Assembly (NCBI GenBank): GCA_964391975.1
Contig: CAYMNZ010000001.1
Span: 326,978 to 390,977 of the forward strand
Length of the DNA: 64,000 nt
From: an uncultured Candidatus Saccharibacteria bacterium
Lineage (GTDB): Bacteria; Patescibacteriota; Minisyncoccia; Phycocordibacterales; Phycocordibacteraceae
Reading direction: 5' to 3'
Shown piece by piece: positions 19,811 to 28,579 of the stretch. Under the pieces are notes generated by a model. The model ran no database searches. It saw only the letters and a list, made by a program, of their open reading frames with translations, and was not told the DNA's origin. A program made the position numbers and the translations under genes. Every line of letters starts with the position of its first letter. Positions within the stretch are counted from its first letter, which is position 1.

Positions 19811-20965
19811 ATGAAAGTCGTGTTCACAGGGGGCGGGACTGGGGGTCACTTTTATCCCATCATTGCAATCGCGGAGTCTATCCGTGACAAAGTTCGTGAC
19901 CGCCATCTCTTGGCGCCACGGATGTACTACATCTCACCGACGGCGTATGACCCAGAGGCGCTCTTTGAAAACGAGATTGAGTTCATCAAGTGCCCAGCAG
20001 GGAAGATGCGACGGTATTTCTCGTTCCTTAACGTTACCGACTGGTTTGTGACCGCGCTTGGTATTGCGTGGTCCTTCCTCACACTCTTGCGTATTTACCC
20101 GGACGTTGTGGTCTCCAAGGGAGGGTACGCGAGTGTTCCTACGGTGCTTGCCGCTGCAGTGCTTGGCATTCCCATTCTTGTACACGAGTCCGATGCAAAA
20201 CCGGGGAGGGCGAATCTGCTCGCCGCTCGCTTTGCGTATCGCATTGGCATTGCCTTTGATAGCGCCGCTCAGTATTTCCCAAAGAATGCGCAAAAGAAAA
20301 TTGCACGCACTGGTATTCCGGTCCGCAAGGACCTTATGAAACTTGAGAAGGAGGGCGCGCACCAGTACCTCGACCTCGACCCGGGCGTTCCTACCATCCT
20401 CGTCCTCGGAGGTTCAAGTGGCTCTCTGCGCATGAACGAGACCTTGCTTGCCTCGCTTCCGGAACTTGTCGAGCTTGGAAACGTCATCCATCAAACAGGT
20501 AAAGACCATTTCAAGAGTATGGAGAAGACGGCTCCTGTTGCACTGACTGCAAGCAAGCACGCCAGTCGTTATCATCCGTTCCCCTACCTCTCGGCTCTTT
20601 CACTTCGCCGCGCAGCAGGAGCAGCCAATCTGATTATTTCAAGGGCAGGGGCAACTGCCATTACTGAAATCGCTATTTGGGGGATTCCCGCAATCTTGGT
20701 CCCTATACCTGAGGAGATTAGTCACGACCAGCGCACCAATGCGTACTCCTACGCACACAGCGGCGCAGCGATTGTTATTGAGGAAGAGAACCTCTCGCCA
20801 CACGTACTTGTCTCCGAGTGCCGTCGCCTTCTTACCGACAAAGCACTTGCAGAGGATATGCACGCTAAGAGTATTGGGTTTGCGATTCGAGACGCCGCTG
20901 ACATCATCGCAGAAGAGGTGCTCTCCGTAGCGCTCTCTCACGAAGAGCCACTTAAGACCTCATGA
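19811..20965 (+). CDS. murG: UDP-GlcNAc:undecaprenyl-PP-MurNAc-pentapeptide GlcNAc transferase
   Basis: N-terminal VFTGGGTGGHFYP G-loop; GT28 fold; dcw-cluster context. Confidence 0.9.
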   Translation: MKVVFTGGGTGGHFYPIIAIAESIRDKVRDRHLLAPRMYYISPTAYDPEALFENEIEFIKCPAGKMRRYFSFLNVTDWFVTALGIAWSFLTLLRIYPDVVVSKGGYASVPTVLAAAVLGIPILVHESDAKPGRANLLAARFAYRIGIAFDSAAQYFPKNAQKKIARTGIPVRKDLMKLEKEGAHQYLDLDPGVPTILVLGGSSGSLRMNETLLASLPELVELGNVIHQTGKDHFKSMEKTAPVALTASKHASRYHPFPYLSALSLRRAAGAANLIISRAGATAITEIAIWGIPAILVPIPEEISHDQRTNAYSYAHSGAAIVIEEENLSPHVLVSECRRLLTDKALAEDMHAKSIGFAIRDAADIIAEEVLSVALSHEEPLKTS

Positions 20966-22269
20966 TTCGCACACGCATCCCGCCAAGCCCCACTGGGCGC
21001 TTTCATATCGGCACGGCTCGCACCGCGCTCTTTAACTACCTGTTCGCACGCAAGAACGGTGGCGAGTTTCTGTTTCGTATTGAAGACACCGACCGTGCTC
21101 GAAGTCTGCCTGAACACGAAGCGGAGATTATCGAAGGAATGAAGTGGCTAGGCCTTGAGCACGACGGGGCAATCGTTCGACAAAGCGAGCGTGTTGAACG
21201 TCACACTGATTTGCTGCATAAGCTCGTGAAGGAAGACAAGGCGTACCTTTCCAAAGAGGCGAGTGCAAAAGAAGAAGGGAAGGAGGTGGAGGTGGTGCGA
21301 CTTCGAAACCCAGGACGCTCCATTACGTTCCGCGATGAGATACGCGGGAATATTACGTTTGATACCGCCGAGCTTTCCGACTTTGTTATCGGGCGTTCTA
21401 TTGATGACCCTCTCTATCACTTCGCAGTGGTGGTGGACGACAGTGACATGGGCATCACGCATGTCATTCGTGGAGAGGACCACATCTCCAACACTCCTCG
21501 ACAGATTTTGATTCAAGAGGCGCTTGGTCTTGAGCGCCCTATCTATGCGCATCTTCCGCTCATTCTTGCGCCCGATCGTTCAAAACTTTCCAAACGTCAT
21601 GGTGCCGTCTCGCTCTTTGAGTACAAGGAGCAGGGATTTATGCCTGAAGCCATCATCAACTATCTTGCGCTTCTTGGTTGGAATCCGGGAGATGACCGTG
21701 AAGACTTTACGCTTGAGCAACTGGTTGATTTGTTCGAATTTGGGAACGTCCAGAAGAATGGAGCCGTTTTTGACATGGTGAAGTTTCAGGACGTGAACCA
21801 GCGCTGGATGAGGAAACTCCCGGACGAAGAGTTTCTTGCTCGTGGAGGACTCACTGCCTCTGACCCCGAGCGCCTCCTCAAAGCGACCCATCTTTTCAAG
21901 GAGCGTGCCCACACGTTTGGAGAGGCTCGCGAGATGCTCTCGGGCGAGCTTTCCTGCCTTTTTGAAACCCCAACCATCGACCGGGCCCTCTTGGTGAACA
22001 AGGAGCCAGCAGAGGCCCCTGGGTCCACCAAAGGCCATCTAGAGGCCCTAAAAGGGCTTATAGAGGGCTTTGGAGAGGATATTGGAGCCGAGGAGGCCAA
22101 GGCTGCCCTCATGCCGTATGCAGACGAGAAGGGGAGAGGCATGGTCCTCTGGCCGCTGCGCTACGCACTCTCGGGCGCTGAGCGTTCTCCTGACCCTTTC
22201 ACACTCATCAACGTTCTCGGCCCAAAAGAATCTCTCTTACGCATACAAGCCGCAGTTGATATACTCTAG
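20962..22269 (+). CDS. gltX: Glutamate--tRNA ligase
   Basis: HIGH region (PSPTGRFHIGTART), KMSKS (KLSKRHG), 435 aa; overlaps the murG stop by 4 nt. Confidence 0.95.
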   Translation: MIRTRIPPSPTGRFHIGTARTALFNYLFARKNGGEFLFRIEDTDRARSLPEHEAEIIEGMKWLGLEHDGAIVRQSERVERHTDLLHKLVKEDKAYLSKEASAKEEGKEVEVVRLRNPGRSITFRDEIRGNITFDTAELSDFVIGRSIDDPLYHFAVVVDDSDMGITHVIRGEDHISNTPRQILIQEALGLERPIYAHLPLILAPDRSKLSKRHGAVSLFEYKEQGFMPEAIINYLALLGWNPGDDREDFTLEQLVDLFEFGNVQKNGAVFDMVKFQDVNQRWMRKLPDEEFLARGGLTASDPERLLKATHLFKERAHTFGEAREMLSGELSCLFETPTIDRALLVNKEPAEAPGSTKGHLEALKGLIEGFGEDIGAEEAKAALMPYADEKGRGMVLWPLRYALSGAERSPDPFTLINVLGPKESLLRIQAAVDIL

Positions 22270-22272
22270 GGG

Positions 22273-23604
22273 ATGAAACCCCGTTCTTTGGCGTACTGCC
22301 TCATTTTGTTTGCGCTTCTTGCGCTCCCCACGTTCGCGCTTGGCGATACTGCCTCAGACCTCAAAGCACAGATAGAAGACATCAACCGTCGTCGTGCGGC
22401 AATTGATGCTGAGATTGCTGGGTACCAGAAGGAACTCAACGTCCTTGGTGGACAGAAGCAGACGCTCCAGTCTGCCATCAAAACTCTTGATGTTTCGCGC
22501 AACCAGACCGCCTCGCAGATTCAATCAACGCAGAGCAAGATTTCAGCAGCAAACCTGAAGCTCCAAGAACTCGCACTCGAGATTGGTGACAAAGAAACAG
22601 TGATTGCCGTTGACCGTGCGACGGTGTCGGAGTCTATCCGCAACATTGCGCAGATGGATGACCTCTCGACGTTTGAATACCTTCTCTCTTCCACCGATCT
22701 TTCAGATGCATGGGAGGCCGTGGATACGGCAGCTTCTGTGAACGAAGCACTGCGCGTCCATGTGCAGGAGCTTTCTGCAACCAAGCGCGTCCTCACCAAT
22801 CAGCATGAGGAAGTGGGGACCACGAAGAAGAGTCTCTCGACGCTTTCGAGCGACCTCAGCAACCAGAAGAAAGCGCTCGACGTGAATCGTCAGAGCAAGC
22901 AACAACTCCTCTCGCAAACACAATCGAGCGAGGCGGCGTACCAGGAACTCATTGCGAAGAAGCGAGCAGAGCAGGCACTGTTCGAGTCTGAGCTTGATCG
23001 CCTTGAGCAGCAGTTGACTGGCAGTGTTGATAGTTCTGCCATTCCATCGGTGGGCTCCGGTGTGCTTACCTGGCCGTTCTCCTCAACCTTCATGGCCAAC
23101 TGTGTGTCTAAGAGCAGCGCACTTGGGAACGTTCACTGTCTCACGCAGTATTTCGGCAATACACCGTTTAGTACTGCGAACCCGCAGGTGTACAACGGGG
23201 CGGGGCACAACGGCGTGGACTTTGGTGTGCCTTCGGGAACTCCGGTCCAAGCTGCGCTCTCCGGCACCGTTCTTGATACCGGAAACACGGATGCGATTCC
23301 TGGCTGCTATTCCTTCGGTAAGTGGGCAGTCGTGAAGCATGCAAACGGAATCTCAACGCTGTATGCACACCTTTCCTCAATCAGTGTTTCAGCAGGGCAG
23401 TCAGTTGCCACCGGAGGATTGATTGGCTACTCCGGTATGACCGGCTACGCTACCGGCCCACACCTGCACTTCGCTGTGTATGCATCGTCTGGCTTGCAGA
23501 TTATGACGCTGTCGCAGTTCCGTGGAGCGACGAGCCCGTGTGCCAACGCAAAGATGCCAGTGGCGCCGAGGGAGGCGTACCTGAATCCGATGTCGTACCT
23601 CTAA
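22273..23604 (+). CDS. Secreted M23-family peptidoglycan metalloendopeptidase with long coiled-coil N-terminal domain (EnvC/NlpD-like architecture)
   Basis: Signal peptide; about 250 aa coiled-coil; catalytic M23 motifs HNGVDFG (HxxxD) and PHLHFAVY (HxH) are intact. Confidence 0.8.
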   Translation: MKPRSLAYCLILFALLALPTFALGDTASDLKAQIEDINRRRAAIDAEIAGYQKELNVLGGQKQTLQSAIKTLDVSRNQTASQIQSTQSKISAANLKLQELALEIGDKETVIAVDRATVSESIRNIAQMDDLSTFEYLLSSTDLSDAWEAVDTAASVNEALRVHVQELSATKRVLTNQHEEVGTTKKSLSTLSSDLSNQKKALDVNRQSKQQLLSQTQSSEAAYQELIAKKRAEQALFESELDRLEQQLTGSVDSSAIPSVGSGVLTWPFSSTFMANCVSKSSALGNVHCLTQYFGNTPFSTANPQVYNGAGHNGVDFGVPSGTPVQAALSGTVLDTGNTDAIPGCYSFGKWAVVKHANGISTLYAHLSSISVSAGQSVATGGLIGYSGMTGYATGPHLHFAVYASSGLQIMTLSQFRGATSPCANAKMPVAPREAYLNPMSYL

Positions 23605-23607
23605 ACT

Positions 23608-24087
23608 ATGAGAGAAGACCCACGAGCGAAGCCTCCTCAGGTATCTCCTGATTTCCCTGATTCCTTCCACCGAGTGACCGTGAAGGGGATTTATGTCCGT
23701 GATGGAAAAATACTCCTCACGCATGACTACGTGGACCCGGAAGACCCCGTATGGGAGTTGCCGGGTGGCGGTCTTGATTTCGGGGAATCTATTCCAGACG
23801 CACTGCGACGGGAGGTAAAAGAAGAAATGGGGCTGACGGTGACCAAAATGTACGATAGCCCGATATACGTCTGGACATCACGGCGCGAAAACTGGCGCGG
23901 TCTCGACTGGTATTACTCTCTGGTACTTGGATACCGTATAGAGATAGAAACGCTTGAGACGCTCGTACCAAGTGATGAGTGTCGTGAAATTAAGTTCTTT
24001 TCAAAGGAAGAACTCATGCAAGCAACCGACTTGAACGAGCAAATTAAAGAACTTGCTAAGATTTTTGATCCTAAAGATTTCGCATAG
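23608..24087 (+). CDS. NUDIX hydrolase
   Basis: Nudix box GGGLDFGESIPDALRREVKEEMGL; 159 aa. Confidence 0.8.
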   Translation: MREDPRAKPPQVSPDFPDSFHRVTVKGIYVRDGKILLTHDYVDPEDPVWELPGGGLDFGESIPDALRREVKEEMGLTVTKMYDSPIYVWTSRRENWRGLDWYYSLVLGYRIEIETLETLVPSDECREIKFFSKEELMQATDLNEQIKELAKIFDPKDFA

Positions 24088-24128
24088 TCTCAGGTTGATT
24101 TTGTGTAAAGACGAGTTATCGTTTAGTC

Positions 24129-24782
24129 GTGAGCCACGCATTCTCAATTGAGGGTTCGAACGCCGACACAGAAAGAGGTCACGAATCGGTCCCCGTTGCA
24201 TTCGCAGAGATTTCCCTAGCAGAAGTTCCTGACGCGGTGGGCAAGCAGTGGAAGGGAAACGAGGTATTTCTCCCCCAAGGATATGGAGAGGAGTGGAGAG
24301 ATGCATTTACACGCGCGTTCGTACTTGCTCCTGATGCAGCACGACCTCAAGAAAAGGTGTACGTACTCATCAATAAATCCACAAACCCGGACGCCGGAGA
24401 GTATGTTTCGTTTGCCACTTTTGAAGGTGATGAATTTTCCAATCAAGCTCTTCTTGCATTTAATGCTCTGAACCGACCGAAAGATTCGGAATTGCCACGC
24501 CTCTACGAGAATCTACCGGTTGCGATGATTATGGGCACTACAGCCGAGCACAAGAAAGGTATCGGTTCGCATGTCTTGGAGCTTATGAATGCTTTTTCAA
24601 AGCAGCAATACGGAGTGCTCATGCATTCCGACCTTGAGCGCTATCACCTTACCAATGGTGCTGGCGTCATGCCGGGATGGCGTATGTGGGAGAGTCTGGA
24701 ACGTAAGGGTATTGTGAAAAAATACCAAACACCACTCGGGGACCGTTTTGTGTTCGAAGAGGAAAAAGAAGTTATATTTTAG
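24129..24782 (+). CDS. Hypothetical protein, possible GNAT-fold acyltransferase
   Basis: GTG start; weak GNAT motif-A-like HKKGIGSHVLEL; no other signature. Confidence 0.4.
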   Translation: MSHAFSIEGSNADTERGHESVPVAFAEISLAEVPDAVGKQWKGNEVFLPQGYGEEWRDAFTRAFVLAPDAARPQEKVYVLINKSTNPDAGEYVSFATFEGDEFSNQALLAFNALNRPKDSELPRLYENLPVAMIMGTTAEHKKGIGSHVLELMNAFSKQQYGVLMHSDLERYHLTNGAGVMPGWRMWESLERKGIVKKYQTPLGDRFVFEEEKEVIF

Positions 24783-25401
24783 CGTCTCGACTCCTCCACA
24801 GCACTCGACACGCAAGTGTCCTGTACGGCGCCCAACGTTCTGCCATCCGCTCAAGTTTCTTTGAAGGCGTTCCTCGCTTGAGGCTATAGAGCGTTTCCAT
24901 ACTCCGTACGAGCCCCAAGTCTCTCGAAGAGAAGATGTCGGGATGCCCGGCGGCAAACATGAGGAACATCTCGCAGGTCCAGGGTCCAATGCCCCAAACT
25001 TCAGTAAGTTTTTCTGTTGCTTCCTCTTTGGTTGCCTTGGAGAGGGAAGAGAGGTTGAGTCCTTTCTGTACGGCCTTCGCAAGTTCCTTGAGTGTCTTTG
25101 CTTTAGCGCCAGAGAGTCCTGCCTTACGTAAGCGGGGAAGTGAGGTCTTTTGAATCGTCTCTGGAGTGACTTTTCCGCCACAGATCTTTCGCACCTTCTC
25201 CCAGATGCTGTCGGCTGCTTTGGTTGCTAGCTGCTGACTCACCACTGAGCTTGCGAGTGCAGAAAAGAGCGTTGCATTTCCTTTACGACGTTTTGTCTTC
25301 TCGGCAAGACCAGACGCATGGGGAAGTGCGGCCTGGTACAGGATGGGATCCCTTGACTTCCAGTGTTCGAGTGCTGCTTTTACCTGTGCGTCCATCGCCA
25401 T
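24772..25401 (-). CDS. HhH-GPD DNA glycosylase (DNA-3-methyladenine glycosylase II / AlkA-like)
   Basis: HhH-GPD motif (GIGPWTCEMFLMFAAGHPDIF...D); 209 aa. Confidence 0.75.
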   Translation of the reverse strand: MAMDAQVKAALEHWKSRDPILYQAALPHASGLAEKTKRRKGNATLFSALASSVVSQQLATKAADSIWEKVRKICGGKVTPETIQKTSLPRLRKAGLSGAKAKTLKELAKAVQKGLNLSSLSKATKEEATEKLTEVWGIGPWTCEMFLMFAAGHPDIFSSRDLGLVRSMETLYSLKRGTPSKKLERMAERWAPYRTLACRVLWRSRDAKI

Positions 25402-25455
25402 ACGCTATACCCATAGCCCGCTTCACGCCACTTTTCGGGCGTATATACTACCCTC

Positions 25456-25653
25456 ATGGTACGTCTCATCATCTGGATTGTTATCGGCCTTCTCGCACTC
25501 TCCTTCTTCGGAATTTCGCTACGCGGACTCGTTGAAAACCCTACCAACCAGGACAACCTCTCCTTTGTGTTCGCCATGGTCGACTCCGGCTGGAGCATGA
25601 TTAAAATGTGGCTTCTTGATATGTGGGATATCGTACGCGGTGTTTTTGACTAA
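25456..25653 (+). CDS. Small membrane protein (65 aa)
   Basis: Single N-terminal TM helix; sits 3 nt before the next gene. Confidence 0.4.
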   Translation: MVRLIIWIVIGLLALSFFGISLRGLVENPTNQDNLSFVFAMVDSGWSMIKMWLLDMWDIVRGVFD

Positions 25654-25656
25654 GTC

Positions 25657-25908
25657 ATGGAAGAGAAAAAGAAAGTCACCATCACCATCCCCTCGGACGC
25701 TCGTCCCGGCTTCTCAAACGTCGCTCAAGTCTATGTCTCAGACGACTCTGTGGTCATGCAGTTTGCCTACGTGAGGCCAAACGCGGGCACTGGGCAGCTC
25801 ATAGGGGAAGTCGTGCTGTCGCCTAAGCACGCCATAGAGTTCAATCGGGCCCTGGATCAGACCATTAAGCAACACTTCACTCGCCATCTTGAGGAGAAGG
25901 GTTCATGA
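25657..25908 (+). CDS. DUF3467-like small protein
   Basis: 83 aa; pattern VTITIP...FSNVAQVYVSDDSVVMQF...GEVVLSPKHAIEFNRALDQTIKQH resembles DUF3467 family proteins common in CPR genomes. This is a recollection, not a database search. Confidence 0.5.
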   Translation: MEEKKKVTITIPSDARPGFSNVAQVYVSDDSVVMQFAYVRPNAGTGQLIGEVVLSPKHAIEFNRALDQTIKQHFTRHLEEKGS

Positions 25909-25990
25909 ACTCCTTCATTTGAATTTCACCCTCTTAAGGGTACGGTTCGCCTGGGAGCACATAGATATAAGCCGAAATTCACGAAACGAT

Positions 25991-26224
25991 ATGAAGACTC
26001 TAATTCTTGGCGCGTTGGCGCTTGCGGCGGCGGCCCTTCCGGCAGCTTCCTTTGCGCAGATGTATGCCTACGTAAATACGAGCGGTGAAGTGATGTCCAT
26101 AGACTCAGCGACTCCGGAAACGGCAATCGCAACGGCTCCAGGCATCGCTACTCACAGCGGTGTTATCAGGCTTGACGATACCTCTGATACCGAATTGCTC
26201 GGTGATGATGTGTCGGGTGTGTAG
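25991..26224 (+). CDS. Small secreted protein (77 aa)
   Basis: Start moved to the ATG at 25991 (MKTLILGALALAAAALPAASFA, a classic signal peptide). Confidence 0.45.
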   Translation: MKTLILGALALAAAALPAASFAQMYAYVNTSGEVMSIDSATPETAIATAPGIATHSGVIRLDDTSDTELLGDDVSGV

Positions 26225-26247
26225 CAAGCAGACAACATAGATTATTA

Positions 26248-26283
26248 AACGAGCTCTCGAAGCCACACCTTCGAGAGCTCGTT
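26248..26283 (+). repeat. Perfect 15-bp inverted repeat (hairpin, 6-nt loop) 17 nt upstream of the secreted-protein gene
   Basis: aacgagctctcgaag-ccacac-cttcgagagctcgtt, followed by atatactt. Possible terminator/attenuator or operator. Confidence 0.6.
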
Positions 26284-26299
26284 ATATACTTGAAACAGC

Positions 26300-27358
26300 A
26301 TGAAATATTTCCTCCTAGCTTTGATTGCGTTTCTCCTCCTACCGTCAGGCACGTTCGCAGCTACCAATCCTTCCTGCGAGATTATCACCGTGACTATGCG
26401 TGGCGTAGTGTATTCAGAGAAAGAGCCGGAGGTGATGGTGAGAGAAGGAGAAGTCGTTGGCTTCCTTTGGTTCAGCGAGGACGCAACCTCAGCCCGTGAC
26501 GCTGAAGGGAATCAAAGCACACTTGCAGGCGCTAAGGTTCTGAGGATTGATGGCGACACCTCTTTTTCATACGAGTTCTTAAACAGCACTGATGAGACCA
26601 CCTGTTCCGTGGGGTTCCATGTCGTTGAGGGCCAAATCTCGGCAAGCTCGCTTGTCACAGAGGATGAGCGCCCGACTATCAAAGGAACAGCGGATGGAAC
26701 CAGTACCGTAAAGTTCTCCATTGAGGACAGCGACGGTAAACGGATCTATCTCTCCAAGGAGCTCAAGGTCAGCAACGGCAAATGGAGCGAGCGCATCTCG
26801 AAGGAACTGCCGGACGGGAACTATCTCGTGACGCTCTACGGCGACAAAGACTACGAACTCAACTCCATCACGACCGGCATGCTCGCACTTGGTCCTGAAC
26901 CTGAGAAAGGCAAGGGCTCAATCACCGTATCGCAGTTTTCGCTTCTTACCGGCGGAACTGCTGCTGCGGGGACCTTAATACCAATTGAATACCTCAAGGT
27001 GGTCAACACAAGCCAGGTTCCAGTGAAGCTCGAGGGCTTTACCCTTAAGGAAACAGGTTCTGCACCAGACGACCTAGTCATAGGATTCACCACGAACGAC
27101 GATAAGGGTGGATCGCGTTCAACGATTGGAGGCACGGAAGGTACGGAGTTGTTCAAGAATAGCCAAGCCTTCGTCCCGCTTATAGCGACCATTGAACCGT
27201 CTCAAATTCGCGTCTTTACGATTAAGGCAATCTTGAGCCGAATGAGTGGGAGCGCCGGAGGAAAACAGCTCCTCATAGATACCATCGATGTAGACGCCGA
27301 TGGGGCCGTGAAAGCGACGTACCCAATACGAGGTGTGACCTGGACGCTTGCGTATTAA
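26300..27358 (+). CDS. Secreted protein of unknown function (352 aa, beta-rich / Ig-like?)
   Basis: Signal peptide MKYFLLALIAFLLLPSGTFA; Thr/Ser/Gly-rich beta-strand-like composition; no catalytic motif. Confidence 0.6.
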   Translation: MKYFLLALIAFLLLPSGTFAATNPSCEIITVTMRGVVYSEKEPEVMVREGEVVGFLWFSEDATSARDAEGNQSTLAGAKVLRIDGDTSFSYEFLNSTDETTCSVGFHVVEGQISASSLVTEDERPTIKGTADGTSTVKFSIEDSDGKRIYLSKELKVSNGKWSERISKELPDGNYLVTLYGDKDYELNSITTGMLALGPEPEKGKGSITVSQFSLLTGGTAAAGTLIPIEYLKVVNTSQVPVKLEGFTLKETGSAPDDLVIGFTTNDDKGGSRSTIGGTEGTELFKNSQAFVPLIATIEPSQIRVFTIKAILSRMSGSAGGKQLLIDTIDVDADGAVKATYPIRGVTWTLAY

Positions 27359-27364
27359 ATAAAT

Positions 27365-27616
27365 ATGCCAGACGAAGGATATAAACTACCGTCGAGTTCT
27401 GATTCTGAGCCGCAGCTTCCAGCAGAACACCAAACGAGATTCGACCGCCTTATGAGCGTAGACCCGAGCCTTTGGCCAGAATCCCTACTCGATTTCATTG
27501 CTGACGAGACCGATATCGACGCAGCCGATATCGATTCCGCACCTGAGAAGCTTAAGGGTCCAGTAGCAGAGTGGCTCAAGCAACCACAAAGCTTAGATGT
27601 TGTTGATTCGATGTAA
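27365..27616 (+). CDS. Small acidic hypothetical protein (83 aa)
   Basis: ORF followed directly by a strong terminator; highly acidic (D/E-rich). Confidence 0.4.
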   Translation: MPDEGYKLPSSSDSEPQLPAEHQTRFDRLMSVDPSLWPESLLDFIADETDIDAADIDSAPEKLKGPVAEWLKQPQSLDVVDSM

Positions 27617-27621
27617 CTCTA

Positions 27622-27657
27622 AGCAAAAAGCCCCCAATTGGGGGCTTTTTGCTTTTG
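27622..27657. terminator. Bidirectional rho-independent terminator
   Basis: aaaaagccccc-aatt-gggggcttttt: G/C stem flanked by an A-run and a T-run. Confidence 0.75.
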
Positions 27658-28329
27658 AGCTTTGGCTTACGCCGCTGGCTCTGCCGCAGGGGCCTCAGCC
27701 GGTGCAGTAGCCTCAGTAGGCTCATCTGCTACCGGTGCTGCCGGAGTGTTTGTCTCGTCCATAGTATCCAGGAGTTATCTGCTAAAGAACGCAGTGTGGC
27801 ACGGATAGTGGAGTAGCGCCACCCCTAGCAATACGCAGCAATCTCGGTCATCCAAGGAGCGGGGAAGTCGCCAAAAGAGGCTTATAGTGGGCCATTTTTT
27901 ATCTCGGCATGTAAACCAGGGAATACCGACAGAAAGTTCCCGTTGGAATGCCACAGGAATGTTTCTTAAGAGGGCGTATACGGGGCAAAAGAAGCCAATA
28001 TAAGGGTAGGAGAGCCAAGACAGGTCCCGCCCTTATCTGCCCAGGCGTACTACGCAAAAGATATATTGTGCGAAGCTTAGAATGAAGAAGCTCGGCTATC
28101 CGATACGCCTCATAAGAACACACGAACCTCTTCTTCCCTCGCGAGCTTCGACGAATTTTTTTGCATCTACATATTCGTATGACTTTTGTACACAAACAAC
28201 ACAACAACGACTAAGAAGAGGAGGGATGCCCTGCCCCAGAGGGGGAGCTTGGGGAATTTTGAAGACTTAGGGAGATTTTAGAGGTGAGCAGAGATAGCTG
28301 ACTTCCCTACTCTGATTCATCAGCTTGGC

Positions 28330-28569
28330 TCATGCCTCTTCAACAACGTCATACTCCCCCTTGATGAACTTGTACGGACCAGTGGTGTTAGGCATCTTCA
28401 CAAAGATGCTCTTATGCTCGTATGAAATTACTTCTCCTGCCATGCCTACGATGTGGTGCTTCCGGGCGAACTCGGAATCTTTTGCACGCACCGTCTTCCC
28501 TACCAGGTCCTTGAGCTCCCCATTCTCTTCGCTTGTCCGGAAATCTGGAGTTGGGATTGGCTCGGGCAT
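28330..28569 (-). CDS. Small hypothetical protein (79 aa), last gene of the minus-strand operon
   Basis: Begins 10 nt downstream of the LOG-family gene; no motif recognised. Confidence 0.45.
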   Translation of the reverse strand: MPEPIPTPDFRTSEENGELKDLVGKTVRAKDSEFARKHHIVGMAGEVISYEHKSIFVKMPNTTGPYKFIKGEYDVVEEA

Positions 28570-28579
28570 AGGTAAAAGT

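Noticed and set aside
27841-27925. Possible CRISPR-like or direct repeat (atctcgg... twice, 60 nt apart)
   Set aside because: Only a 7-8 nt match occurring twice, with no regular repeat-spacer periodicity and no cas genes. Not a CRISPR array.
27900-27960. Resemblance of GACAGAAAGTTCCCG to the RNase P RNA P4 3' strand
   Set aside because: The complementary P4 5' strand (GGAAAGUCCGGGC-like) and other universal RNase P elements (GGUGAAA...AAGAGCGCACC) were not found nearby. The resemblance is too weak to call; it is left as a question under the ORF-free-region finding.
28082-28270. 62-aa plus-strand ORF within the ORF-free region
   Set aside because: No RBS, an Arg/Pro/Gly-rich low-complexity translation, and overlap with homopolymeric and AG-rich tracts. 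Unlikely to be coding.
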